Of a stretch of DNA of 64,000 nt, positions 49,634-59,985 are shown one piece after another. The notes below the pieces were generated by a model. That model was not told the DNA's origin. It did no database searches and saw only the letters and a list, made by a program, of their open reading frames with translations. The stretch spans positions 416,001-480,000 of the forward strand of contig CBDCYI010000009.1 in the NCBI GenBank assembly GCA_965224085.1. Reading direction: 5' to 3'. The translations under genes were made by a program, and so were the position numbers. Source of the stretch: Candidatus Marinacidobacterales bacterium. Lineage in GTDB: Bacteria > Acidobacteriota > Vicinamibacteria > Marinacidobacterales > SMYC01. How positions within the stretch are numbered: the stretch's first letter is position 1; each line of letters begins with the position of its first letter.

Positions 49634-50337
49634 TCGAGCTCGGTCAGGAGGTGCCGGAGCTCGTCCTCAATCTGGTCAGGGCCCGCCACGGTCTCGGCGA
49701 TCTCCTCGCGCAATATCTCGCCAAAACGTCGTCGCAATCGATGGACGGACACTTTGACGGCCCCTTCGCTCGTTCCGAGCTCCGCGGCCGCCTCGCGGTA
49801 CGGAGAAGCGGGCTCTTCTCCGATGAGGTAGCCCTTGAGCCTTTCGAATTGCTGTGACTTGCCCGCCTGGGAGGATTGTTCGCGCAGCCGGCTGAGAACT
49901 CGCTCGAGAACCGTCATCGCCCAACGTTTCTCGAACGCCCGCTCCGGCGTCATCTCGTCCACCAGTGCCGTCGCGTAGCGCTTTTCCGCGGTAGCCACGT
50001 CGAGCGAAATCGGCGCCCGGCCGGGATTCCTTTTCCCTGCTCGAGCCTTGTCCCGCTCGTCGGAAAGGAAGTGCTTCAGCGACACCAACAGAAAGGAGCG
50101 AAACCGACCCGACTGCGGCTTGACGTCCCGTAGATAGTTCTTTTCGAACAATCGCAGGAAATACGCCTGGATCAGATCCCGGGCGGCGTCTTCATCGTAG
50201 CCCTGTCGCCGAATGAAGGCATACAGCGGATACCAATAAGCTTCGCATAAGCTCGTGAGAGCTTCTCGGCCTTCACGGGTGTTGTCGTGAGCCGCCGCCA
50301 GCACGAGGCTCCAATGCGTCGTCTGAAAGCGGCTCAT
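49630..50337 (-). CDS. ECF-type sigma-70 factor (FxTTxWS N-terminal type)
   Basis: FQTTHWSLVLAA, LCEAYWYPLYAFIRR, GRFRSFL and SEGAVKVSVHRLRRRF motifs. Confidence 0.9.
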   Translation of the reverse strand: MSRFQTTHWSLVLAAAHDNTREGREALTSLCEAYWYPLYAFIRRQGYDEDAARDLIQAYFLRLFEKNYLRDVKPQSGRFRSFLLVSLKHFLSDERDKARAGKRNPGRAPISLDVATAEKRYATALVDEMTPERAFEKRWAMTVLERVLSRLREQSSQAGKSQQFERLKGYLIGEEPASPYREAAAELGTSEGAVKVSVHRLRRRFGEILREEIAETVAGPDQIEDELRHLLTELD

Positions 50338-50578
50338 AAAGAGGTTGCGTCGGGAATCATCATCGTGCCCCGTGGTGGCGAAACAGCCGTGGGACGGCTG
50401 AGACGAGTGAAGTTTAATGTGAGAACGGGTGTGTTGCGAACGCCGCTTTCAAAAATGCCTTCGCGCCCGAGTTAGACGCAACGTACCTTTTTCTTTTGAC
50501 CCTGGTTGGCAGGGAAAAAGGCGGCCTCGCCCCCGGGTTTGCCCTATGCCCGCTGGGGGCTGCGGTCATTGAGTTGGC

Positions 50579-51319
50579 TTAATCTAGACCGGTCACTAGA
50601 TAGAGCTCGGACATGTGGCGGACGAAAGTATACGCGTAGTACCTCCCATCAGGAGTCAGGACGATGGGAGTATTGCCCGAGATTCTCGCGGGATCCAGCA
50701 GGAACTCGTGCCAAATCTCGCGCCGCCCGCTGGCCAAATCCACTCGATACACTTCCGTGCGCCCGGCCTCTACGAGATCGCGACGCACGTAGAGCGAGTG
50801 ACCGTCTGCGCTCCACTGAATCGGAATCTCCGAGGCGGCCACGCCCGGCACGGACCGCGCCTCACCGTCGTGCACCGAGATGAGGAGTGCTTCGCCGTTT
50901 TCACCGGGCATCACGACGCGCGCGCCCTCGGGCGAGACGAGCGGTCTCGTTGGAAAACGCGCTGAGGATCGGACCGTTCGTTCGGAAGCGAGAGCTTTCC
51001 GCTCACCGGTGGCGAGCTCTAGAACATAGGCGCGCACCTCCTGCTCTGGCTCGCGGCCCAAAAGGAGCACACGCTTGCCGTCGGGAAACCAGCTCGCGCC
51101 GAGGCAGTCGAAGTTGTCCTCGGTCAAGCGACGGGTTTCCCCCGCCCCGGCTGGAAGAAGCCACAGCTCATTGCGCTGCAGGAGAGAGCCGCGCCAGCTG
51201 ATCGCGAGGATCCATTGTCCATCCGGCGAGAGTCCGATAGCTTCTCCCGGGCCCAGCCGAACAGCCGGCGAGCCGTCGGTTTTTCGGAGATATACCCCTT
51301 GGCCTTCTCCTCCGCCCCC
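50579..51319 (-). pseudogene. 3' part of a PD40-propeller (Ser/Thr kinase-type) gene, cut by IS5
   Basis: SPAVRLGPG..LSPDGQW, WFPDGKR, IQWSADG, LTPDGRYYAY and SELYLVTGL motifs; 5' part absent. Confidence 0.75.
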
Positions 51320-52406
51320 GGCGTTGTTGCACCGCTCTTGGCTGAGCGCGAAATCTACCTATGGTGGTGGCCGAGGTAATGTTCGACCATGAAGTATCCC
51401 AAGCGCAGCCAGTACAAGCACGCGAAGCAGAAGAAGTACCACGTTTCCAACTGGGCGGAATACAACGAAGGGCTGCGCCGCCGGGGCGATTTGACGGTCT
51501 GGTTTGACGAGGAGGCAATCGCGAACTGGAAGGCCGACAAGAGCGGTAAGCCTGGCGGTCAACGGGTCTATTCAGAGATGGCGATTGAAACGGGCCTGGT
51601 TGTCCGGATGGTGTACAAGCTTGCCTACCGCCAAACCGAAGGCTTCTTGCACTCGATCGCCTCGCTTCTCCGGCTGTGTATCGAGATCCCGGACTACTCG
51701 ACGTTGTGTCGGCGGTCGAGGCTGCTCCGCAAGAAGCTGCGGATTCGGAAAGCCGCAAGCAATCAACCAATCCACCTGATGATCGATAGCACGGGCTTGA
51801 GGATTCATGTTGGAACCACCCGCAAACCGCCAAAGCAGCGCGCCTGGCGCAAGTTGCACATCGCCGTTGATCGCAAGACCGGCAACATTGTTGCGTCCGA
51901 ACTGACGGCGTCACGAGCTCGCGACGCAACGCGAGTCCCCCCTTTGCTAACACAGATTCAAGCACCTATAGCGTCGGTGGCGGCGGACAGTGCATACGAC
52001 AAGGAAGCGGTCTACGAAGCCATCGAAGCGCACAGCCCTGGACGAAGGACGCGCGTGGTGATTCCGCCGCAACGAAACGCCACGCTCAGTCAGAATTCGA
52101 ACACCGCCATGCGGGAACGCGACCGCCATATTCGTGCCATCGAAAGACACGGCCGACGTGAATGGTACAAGCTCTCAGGCTGCACCGAGCGAAGCATGGT
52201 GGAGAACGCGGTCTATCGTTACAAGGCGATCATGGGGCCCGAGATGCGGGCTCGAACGTTGGCGAGGCAACGAGTTGAACACAGAATTGGGTGCGAGATA
52301 CTCAACAAGATGACCGCGCTCGGCATGCCCGATACTTACTGCGCCGGGTGACTCTCCGACCGGCACAGGGAGGTCAGCGATTTGCTCCGGGCCGTGCAAC
52401 AACGCC
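51320..52406 (+). mobile_element. IS5-family (IS903-like) insertion sequence
   Basis: TIRs GGCGTTGTTGCAC (51320) / GTGCAACAACGCC (52406); no matching TSD. Confidence 0.9.
51389..52351 (+). CDS. IS5-family transposase
   Basis: NWAEYNEGLRRRGDLTVW, PDYSTLCRR, IDSTGL, WRKLHIAVD, ADSAYD and RSMVENAVYRYK motifs. Confidence 0.93.
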   Translation: MKYPKRSQYKHAKQKKYHVSNWAEYNEGLRRRGDLTVWFDEEAIANWKADKSGKPGGQRVYSEMAIETGLVVRMVYKLAYRQTEGFLHSIASLLRLCIEIPDYSTLCRRSRLLRKKLRIRKAASNQPIHLMIDSTGLRIHVGTTRKPPKQRAWRKLHIAVDRKTGNIVASELTASRARDATRVPPLLTQIQAPIASVAADSAYDKEAVYEAIEAHSPGRRTRVVIPPQRNATLSQNSNTAMRERDRHIRAIERHGRREWYKLSGCTERSMVENAVYRYKAIMGPEMRARTLARQRVEHRIGCEILNKMTALGMPDTYCAG

Positions 52407-53138
52407 TGTCGACCCTCGACCTCGTACTCGACCGAGGTGTCTTGCGCGTAGCGGTGGCCTACACACCGCCCCCCGAAGAGGGTTCGCACCCGGAGTTCTA
52501 CCTGCATCCGAAGACGGGGGAGCCGAGCGGCGTCGTATGCGAGCTGAGCCGGATCATGGCCCGGGAGCTCGGTGTCCGGCCGGAGTTCGTGGACTTTGCC
52601 TGGTCCCAACACATGAAGGCACTTCTCGACGGCGACAGTCGACCTGTTGATGAGCTACACGAACACGCCCGAGCGGGCTCTCCACGTGGACTTCGCCGGT
52701 CCCCTGCTGCCCTCCGACATCGTCGTGATGGTCAGAAACGAAGGCGGGATCGAGAGCACCGCCGCACTGGACGAACCGTCGAGTTGCATCGGAGTGGAAA
52801 AGGGCTCTTCGATCGTCCGCGTCGCCCAGCGTCACTTCTCTCGCGCCCGGGTCCTGGAATCGACGTCGCCGGCGCCCGCGCTCAAAAACGGAGAGTTCGA
52901 TGCCTGGGTGACCGACGCGGTCACGCGCATCTTCATGAAACAGAATCTCGAGTTCGGTCTTCTTCGAGAACGGGACGGTCGACTCCTCGTCCTTGCCCGC
53001 GAGTACGGTCACCCCGCGGTGCGGCAAAATGATCCGAAGTTCCTGAACTGGGTCCGGAACTGGCTCCAGTATCACACCGCACAAGGGACCATCGACTACT
53101 GGTGCCACGAGTATTGGTTCTCCTGGATGGCCGATTGA
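52407..53138 (+). pseudogene. Family-3 amino-acid substrate-binding protein, 5'-truncated by IS5 and frameshifted near 52640
   Basis: VLDRGVLRVA, ARELGVRPEFV..W, NTPERALHVDF and DPKFLNWVRNWL motifs. Confidence 0.75.
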
Positions 53139-53141
53139 GTT

Positions 53142-56100
53142 CTAGCGACCGATTAGCATCTCTTCTTCGCGCTGCCAGTAGAACGGCTCGAACGGCACTT
53201 TCTCCGGCCAGAGTTGGTCCAGCGTCTCCCCTTCGAAGAGCTCGCCGTTGTTCATCACGTAGAGAATGTCGGTGCTGTGGCGGATGTTCTCGACGGGATT
53301 CTCGTTGAGCACGACGAGGTCCGCGATTTTGCCCGGCTCGATCGAGCCGAGATCCGCTTCGAGACCGATCGCTTCCGCGCCGGCCAGCGTGGCGGCACGC
53401 AGCGCCTCGAGCGGCGTCAACCCGCCCATCTCGAACATCCACAGCTCCCAGTGGGTCGCCAGCCCCTGCTCTTCTCCGTGACCTCCCACCACGGCGGAGC
53501 CACCCTGGCGAATCGTCGCGGCCGCTGCTTCGGCGGCGAGCACGAAGCGGTAATCCTCTTCGAGCGCCAGCAGGCGGCGGCGGGTCTTTCGATCGATCTC
53601 TTCGTGGGGAACGAATCGCCTCAGCTTGGCGTCGGCGTGTAGATCGGTTTTCTGGCGAAAATAGTACTCGCCTTGAGGGCCGACGAGGTCCACGACGAGT
53701 GTGGGGCAATAGAACGTCTTTCCTCGCGCCATGAGCTCGACAACGTCCCGGTAGACGGGGACGGCCGGGATACTGTGCTCGAAGCCGGTGAACCCATCCA
53801 GCACGTGGGTCATGTCGAAAGCGAGGTGATTGCCTCCGTCGGCCGTCGCGTTGAGACCTTCTTCTCTCGCCGCCATCATGAGCCACTGCCGCTGAATGCG
53901 GCGCGGCTGCAGGTACTCCTTGATCGCGATCGCCCCGAGCTTCTTGTACTGCCGGACGATATTGCGAGCGTCCTCGAGACTGTCGATTCGTGCCGCGCTC
54001 ACGTTCATGGCGGAGCCGGTGCTGAAGATCCGTTGTCCTGTCAACTCACCCGCCTCGACCATCTCGGCGTAGGTGAAGATCGCCTGGTTATCAGCCGAGG
54101 GATCGAAACCGGTGGTGACGCCGTAAGCGAGATGCGCAGCCAGCGACCACGCTCTTTCCGGAATGATGTCTCGGACCGGCCGCAGATGATCGTGCACGTC
54201 GATAAGGCCAGGAACGATGGTCTTTCCAGCGACGTCGAAGACTTGCGCGTCGTCCGGAATGGGGATGTCACCGCTTCGGCCGACCGCCATGATACGGTGG
54301 TTCTCCACCACGACGTCGCCCTGAGGAAGGATCTCGTCTCCACGCATGGTGACGATGCGAGCGCCCCGGAGCGCCACACGGCCGCTTTTGGTATGACGCG
54401 GCACCGATAGCGTGATCGAAAGCTCCGAAGGCTTCAGCTCAGAACCCTCAGCCTCCAGCACGTCATCGCGGTCGATGCGATAAAAGTGATTGGTGACCGC
54501 CCAGCTCAACGTCTCACCATCGGCGGCCCAGTTGAGATCGGCCGCCCCCTCGCGGGTGATTCGCCTCACTGGCACCGCGGGTGCATCCAGATCGATCGTG
54601 AGTGGCTCGCTGGTTCGCGGCATCGCGACGAGGTAGCCATCGCCTCGCAAGAGGAAGGCCGCCGATGCACCGTCGGGAGAAGCGATTGCCTGGGAGGCTC
54701 CGGGAAGCCGCAGGTGTGCCCGCCCGTCCGTGCCGTCGAGCCGTACAGAACGGACGATCACTGCATCCCGCAAGTCGCGCCTTTCGGTAAGCGTTTCATG
54801 GTCCAGGTAGAAGATGCGCTCGCCGTCGAGGCGGAACGTGGGCTGCTGGGCGGGCCGCCTTCGGCCGGGTGCCGGGATCGGGGAGTCGGTAACGAGAAAG
54901 GACTTTCCTCCTTCGGACGATACCCACCGAATCTGCTGTACGTCGCTGAAGTCCTGCGCGAGCCAGGCGCGCGCCGAGCCCATCACGTAGACGAGTCTCT
55001 CGCCGTCGGCGGACCAGCTCGGGTGGTGATAGTAGCCAGGAACCTGACTCAGTCGCTTCGGAGTTCCGCCCTCCGCTGGTACCTTCCAGAGGTGCCCGCC
55101 CTCCTGGTCGGTCCAGCTCACGTAGGCCACGAAGCGTCCGTCGGGAGAAAACCGCGGCGCGTACTCCCTATCGGCGCAGTCGGTGAGTCGTCGCGGCTGG
55201 CCGTCGGGGAGATCCGCCGTCCAGATCTTTCCGAGGGCGCTGAAAACGAGACGGGTCCCATCGGGTGACGCACTCATCCAGCGAAGCTGGCGCGCCTGCA
55301 CCGGACCCTCCTCGAGGCGACGAGAGAAGTGCACCAGCGGCGCGAGTTCCTGTTGCACGTGCGCCGTGAAACGAATCAGGGTCACTTCCGAAGAGCGCAC
55401 ATCGACCGTGTGAATCTTGCCTCCGAACGAGGCCACCACGGCGTTGCCGTCGGGCGTGAACGCGTATCCCGGCAGCAGATCGGTCGCGACATGCCCCTCC
55501 TGTTCGTCCCGGTCGATGGGATACACGAGCCACCGCTCGTCACCGCTCTCGAGATCCCGCAAGCGGAGGCCCGTCCGGGCGTCGTGCCGCGAGCCGTAGA
55601 CGAGAGATCGTCCGTCCGGGGAGAGGGACGGGCGGAGCCCACCGCCGTAGGCGGCGGTGAGCGTTTCGAGTTCGCCGGTCTCCCGGTCCAGTCGTCTTAA
55701 TTGCCAGTGCCCCAGATCAAGGTTGTAGATGTGGCGGTTCGGACTGCTCGAGAAGTAGAGGTAGCGCCCATCGGGAGAGAAGACCGGCCCGGCCACCGAC
55801 CGTGTCGGCCCTTCGGGACGGGTGAGCTGGACGCCCTTGCCACCGTGTTTGTGGAAGAGCCAGAGCTCCTTGAAGTCGAGAGTGGTCTCGCCTCGTCGCG
55901 CTGCGATGTAATTCCCGTCGGGCGAGAAGGCCGGAGCACCGAAGACGAATTTCGTCTCCTGGGTGATCGATCGGAGATCGCTGCCGTCGGCGGAAATGAG
56001 CCAGAGGTTGTCGGTGCCGTCGCGGTCGCTGACGAAGACGAGCTCTCTTCCGTCCGGTGAGAAGCGTGGCTGGTTGTCCCAGGCCGGACCTTTGGTGATG

Positions 56101-56357
56101 CGCGTCGCATCCCCTCCCTCCATGGGCAGCAGATACAGATCCCCCATGAGATCGAAGACGATCTGGCTGCCGTCGGGGGAGACGTCCAGGGACAACCACG
56201 TGCCCTCATCGGTGGTGAAATCCACCGTGCGCGTGGTCTCGAGGGGCAGGGCGTAGCCAGCTCTCCCGTCCCCCGGCGCGGTCTGAGCGAACAAGCCGTG
56301 ACAGGAGAGCAGAAACACCACTCCCCAATAGAGTTCTCTTCGGTTTTTCAGAAACAT
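53142..56357 (-). CDS. Large secreted amidohydrolase with N-terminal TolB/PD40 propellers
   Basis: FTTDEGTWLSLDVSPDG, multiple SPDG repeats, PGLIDVHDH, AIKEY, FEH, GGHGE and GSIEPGKIADLVVL motifs; RBS GAGGAG. Confidence 0.92.
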   Translation of the reverse strand: MFLKNRRELYWGVVFLLSCHGLFAQTAPGDGRAGYALPLETTRTVDFTTDEGTWLSLDVSPDGSQIVFDLMGDLYLLPMEGGDATRITKGPAWDNQPRFSPDGRELVFVSDRDGTDNLWLISADGSDLRSITQETKFVFGAPAFSPDGNYIAARRGETTLDFKELWLFHKHGGKGVQLTRPEGPTRSVAGPVFSPDGRYLYFSSSPNRHIYNLDLGHWQLRRLDRETGELETLTAAYGGGLRPSLSPDGRSLVYGSRHDARTGLRLRDLESGDERWLVYPIDRDEQEGHVATDLLPGYAFTPDGNAVVASFGGKIHTVDVRSSEVTLIRFTAHVQQELAPLVHFSRRLEEGPVQARQLRWMSASPDGTRLVFSALGKIWTADLPDGQPRRLTDCADREYAPRFSPDGRFVAYVSWTDQEGGHLWKVPAEGGTPKRLSQVPGYYHHPSWSADGERLVYVMGSARAWLAQDFSDVQQIRWVSSEGGKSFLVTDSPIPAPGRRRPAQQPTFRLDGERIFYLDHETLTERRDLRDAVIVRSVRLDGTDGRAHLRLPGASQAIASPDGASAAFLLRGDGYLVAMPRTSEPLTIDLDAPAVPVRRITREGAADLNWAADGETLSWAVTNHFYRIDRDDVLEAEGSELKPSELSITLSVPRHTKSGRVALRGARIVTMRGDEILPQGDVVVENHRIMAVGRSGDIPIPDDAQVFDVAGKTIVPGLIDVHDHLRPVRDIIPERAWSLAAHLAYGVTTGFDPSADNQAIFTYAEMVEAGELTGQRIFSTGSAMNVSAARIDSLEDARNIVRQYKKLGAIAIKEYLQPRRIQRQWLMMAAREEGLNATADGGNHLAFDMTHVLDGFTGFEHSIPAVPVYRDVVELMARGKTFYCPTLVVDLVGPQGEYYFRQKTDLHADAKLRRFVPHEEIDRKTRRRLLALEEDYRFVLAAEAAAATIRQGGSAVVGGHGEEQGLATHWELWMFEMGGLTPLEALRAATLAGAEAIGLEADLGSIEPGKIADLVVLNENPVENIRHSTDILYVMNNGELFEGETLDQLWPEKVPFEPFYWQREEEMLIGR

Positions 56358-56393
56358 GGCCACTCCTCGCTTTGAGCTCGTTTCGTCGCTTAC

Positions 56394-56822
56394 TTATACC
56401 GCCACTCGCACCGATGACGCACTCCCTGAGCGAAACGGGCTTCCGGCTCGCGCACGTCGAGCTGGCCGATTTCGAGCCGGCTTCCGAGATCCGCGGTAGG
56501 CTCCAGAAGCTCGAAGGGCTGGAGGTAGGAAGCTCCGTCGTGGAGCTCGAGTCCGACCCGCTCGAACTTGGCGGCGACATACTCTTTGGCGATTGGCGAT
56601 TTCGTAACCCTCATCGCCGTTATCGCGGCCGCGCAGCAGATCGTGTGACAGGAACCTGAGATGGCTCCGGACAAGAGTGGGCGTGATGCGCTCGAGCCCA
56701 GCCTCGAGCGCTTCCTCTTGACGGTCACATCCGAGGATCGCCAGGCTCGACGTGACGAGCCGGGCGAGGGCGAGACGGACTGCGGGCCCGCAGAGGATAG
56801 CACCACATTTTATCTCCGCCAC
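56394..56822 (-). pseudogene. M28 peptidase N-terminal remnant
   Basis: ITPTLVRSHLRFLSHDLLRGRD.G.EGYEIA / EYVAAKFERVGLE..YLQPF across a frameshift; catalytic part missing. Confidence 0.7.
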
Positions 56823-56859
56823 CTTTCACCCTGTTGCTTCTGGGGAGCTAAAAGTACTT

Positions 56860-57334
56860 TCAGGTTCGCCGGCGCGGATCGAGAGCTTCTCTCAAGGCAT
56901 CGCCCGTTAGATTGAGACAGAGGGTCACCACAAAGATCACCAGTCCGGGAATCGTGGGGACATGAGGTGCGACCGGCAGCAACTGTTGACCTTGACTCAG
57001 CATAGACCCCCAATCAGGCTCTGGAGGTAGGACTCCCAGCCCCAAAAAGCTGAGTCCGCTCCCCAGGATGATCATACGACCTGCTTCCAGGGTAGTCAGC
57101 ACAATGATGGGCGAGACGATGTTGGGAAATATGTGTCGCCAAATGATTTGCCATGAGCTTGCTCCGACCGCAATCGCAGCAGCTACATACTCCCGCTCCC
57201 GAATCGAAAGAGTAGAAGAGCGGATAATAAGTGCAAAACGGGGAATAGCAATCACCGATAGTGAGATGATGACATTGGTTGTCCCCGGCCCGATTGCCGC
57301 TGCGATGCCCAACGCCAGAAGGATAGAGGGAAAC
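56860..57334 (-). pseudogene. DppC/OppC peptide ABC permease 3' fragment
   Basis: AFPSILLAL, REREYVAAAIAVGA (EAA motif), HIFPN, LSFLGLG..PPEPDWG and GDALREALDP; 5' end cut by IS1634. Confidence 0.85.
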
Positions 57335-59274
57335 GCTAGACAGAAGTTCCCCTAACAGAAACACCTAGAACGGGGTGTAATTCATTGATTCTAAGTGGGA
57401 AACGAGAAAATGTGGCCCCACAAGTTTTCCCATGTATTGATCTGTTTTATATTGATATTAAGCTTTTTATGTGTATTATTGTTGCCATGTATGTCGACAT
57501 CGTTCCCAACCGGAACTCCCGGCCAGCCATCTTGTTGCGCGAGGGTTGGCGAGAGGGAAAGCGCATCCGAAAACGCACCATCGCCAATCTGACGGAGTGG
57601 CCCAAGGCCAAGGTCGAAGCCCTGCGACGCTTACTGAGAGACGAGCCCTTGATGGCTCCGTCGGATGTGTTCGTCGTGCAGCGGACACTGCCCCACGGCC
57701 ATGTCGAGGCAGTGCTCGGCACCATCCACCAACTGGAACTCGATAGACTCATCGCGTCGAAACGATGTCGCGAACGCGATCTGGTTATCGCCATGATTGC
57801 CGAGCAACTCATTCATCCCAGCTCGAAGTTGGGCACGACACGACTGTGGCACACGACAACGCTGGCGCAAGAGCTCGGCGTGGTCGATGCGGACGAAGAT
57901 GATCTCTATGCGGCAATGGATTGGTTGATCCAGCGCCAGTCTCGGATCGAAAAGAAGCTGGCGAGTCGACACCTTTCCGAGGGTGCACAGGTGCTTTACG
58001 ATGTGAGCAGTAGCTACTATGAAGGACGCACCTGTCCACTGGCTCTTTTCGGCTACGGCCGAGATGGTAAAAAGGGCAAACCCATCGTTGTCTATGGAGT
58101 GTTAACGGACCACGAAGGACGTCCCGTGGCCGTGGAGGTCTACCCGGGGAACACAGGGGATCCGACGACACTGCCGGATCAAGTACAAAAGCTTCGTGAG
58201 CGTTTTGAGCTTCAACAGGTGGTGCTGGTTGGTGACCGGGGCTTGCTCACTCAGACTCAGATTAAGGCTCTAAGGCAATACCCAGGACTTGGCTGGATCT
58301 CAGCCTTGCGTTCGACAGCGATTCGCAAACTACTGGACACGGAGTGTTTGCAGCTGTCGCTGTTCGACCAAAAAAACCTGGCGGAGATCACTTCTATTGA
58401 TTTTCCCGGTGAGCGACTGATTGCTTGCTACAACCCTCTGCTGGCCGAAGAGAGGCGAAGGAAGCGCCAGGCCCTGCTTGAAGCGACCGAGGCCAAGTTC
58501 GACAAGATCCGCCGACAGGTTGCCCGGCGAACGAAAACTCCTTTGGACAAAGCTGAAATTGGCAAGAAGGTCGGAAAGGTGCTCAACCATTACAAAGTGG
58601 GCAAGCACTTCACACTGAAGATCGAAGATAGCCTTTTTAGCTACAGCAGACGCGAGGAAAGCATTCGCCGAGAATCGGAACGCGACGGCATCTACGTAAT
58701 CCGCACCAGCGAGCCGCTTGAGCATCTCTCGGCCGAGGACACCGTGCGCAGCTACAAGCGGCTCTCTCAGGTTGAACAAGCCTTTCGTTGTTTGAAGGGC
58801 ATCGACCTGTTAGTACGACCCATCCGCCATCGCGATGCCCAACGCGTGCGGGCACACATCTTCTTGTGCTTGCTCGCCTACTATGTGCAATGGCACATGA
58901 AAAAGGCCCTTGCTCCACTACTTTTCGTCGACGAGCAACTTGACGCCGACCGCGAGACCCGAGACCCCGTCTTGCCAGCTCTGCCCTCGACTTCGGCCAA
59001 AAACAAAAAGAGCGTCCGTCGCACATCTGACGGATTACCTATTCACAGTTTCCCCACGCTTCTTGCCGAGCTTGCTACCCGCAGTCTCAACCTTTGCCAA
59101 CTCAAAGCCGACCCGACCGCTCCACCATTCCAGATGGTGACCGAAGCCAACTCAACACAACAACGCGCAATGCAACTGCTCGGTTTGTTCCCAGTGCCGG
59201 GAAACCTTCCCTGATGAAAAACTCCACGCGTTCAATACATTACGTCTGGCCTAAGCCGGGAACTTCCGGTTAGC
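57335..59274 (+). mobile_element. IS1634-family insertion sequence
   Basis: Imperfect TIRs GCTAGACAGAAGTTCCC / GGGAACTTCCGGTTAGC; flanking 5-bp repeat GAAAC (57330-34 and 59275-79). Confidence 0.85.
57487..59214 (+). CDS. IS1634-family DDE transposase
   Basis: MYVDIVPNRNSRPAILLRE, LYDVSSSYYEG, GYGRDGK, VGDRG, DGIYVIRT and YKRLSQVEQAFR motifs. Confidence 0.93.
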   Translation: MYVDIVPNRNSRPAILLREGWREGKRIRKRTIANLTEWPKAKVEALRRLLRDEPLMAPSDVFVVQRTLPHGHVEAVLGTIHQLELDRLIASKRCRERDLVIAMIAEQLIHPSSKLGTTRLWHTTTLAQELGVVDADEDDLYAAMDWLIQRQSRIEKKLASRHLSEGAQVLYDVSSSYYEGRTCPLALFGYGRDGKKGKPIVVYGVLTDHEGRPVAVEVYPGNTGDPTTLPDQVQKLRERFELQQVVLVGDRGLLTQTQIKALRQYPGLGWISALRSTAIRKLLDTECLQLSLFDQKNLAEITSIDFPGERLIACYNPLLAEERRRKRQALLEATEAKFDKIRRQVARRTKTPLDKAEIGKKVGKVLNHYKVGKHFTLKIEDSLFSYSRREESIRRESERDGIYVIRTSEPLEHLSAEDTVRSYKRLSQVEQAFRCLKGIDLLVRPIRHRDAQRVRAHIFLCLLAYYVQWHMKKALAPLLFVDEQLDADRETRDPVLPALPSTSAKNKKSVRRTSDGLPIHSFPTLLAELATRSLNLCQLKADPTAPPFQMVTEANSTQQRAMQLLGLFPVPGNLP

Positions 59275-59335
59275 GAAACGGAGGCGTCTGTTCTATGATA
59301 CCGGCTTCTTGAGCGGTCTACCCGCCAGATGGAGG

Positions 59336-59917
59336 ATGACTATTTTGCCATTTCGAAAATATCTCATTTTCGTAGCAGCGAGCCTGCTCGTGCCTTATAT
59401 GGCACTTGCCCAGGACGAGGATACCGCCAGCTCCGAGGACGCGACCTACGCCCTCATTGATGCTGTCATCGACGCCGATACCCGCGAGGTCCAGAACCAG
59501 CTGGGCGAAGGCGCCGACGCCAGCGTGAAGACGGATGAGGGACTCCCGGTCGTGGGCTATGCCGCCATGAAGGGCGAGGCCGACATCGTCGCCGCGCTCG
59601 TCGAGGCGGGAGCAGATCTCGAAGCTAAGGACAAGACTGGGGCGACAGCGCTGATGTATGCCGCGCAGTTCAATAACAACGAGATCGTCACCGCGCTCAT
59701 CGAGGCTAGCGCCAGCGTGAACGCGACCGACAATCTTGGTTGGACGCCGCTCATGCGTGCGGTAATCGGCGGGAATCTCGACGCCGTCACCGCGCTCATG
59801 GAAGCCGGCGCGGACGTGAACGCGATCGATTTTTTTGGCCGTTCTGCCGTTCGCATCGCGGAAGGCCGCGATCTCGACGAGATCCTCGGCGCGCTCAACG
59901 GCTCACCCGACTCCTGA
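59336..59917 (+). CDS. Secreted ankyrin-repeat protein
   Basis: Signal peptide ALA|Q; GATALMYAA, GWTPLMRA and GADVNA repeats. Confidence 0.88.
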   Translation: MTILPFRKYLIFVAASLLVPYMALAQDEDTASSEDATYALIDAVIDADTREVQNQLGEGADASVKTDEGLPVVGYAAMKGEADIVAALVEAGADLEAKDKTGATALMYAAQFNNNEIVTALIEASASVNATDNLGWTPLMRAVIGGNLDAVTALMEAGADVNAIDFFGRSAVRIAEGRDLDEILGALNGSPDS

Positions 59918-59985
59918 GCGACGAAGACACTGTAGCTGAGCTCGAAACCGGGCCGCCCGAGCATGGCTGGGAGGATTCTGGAGTT

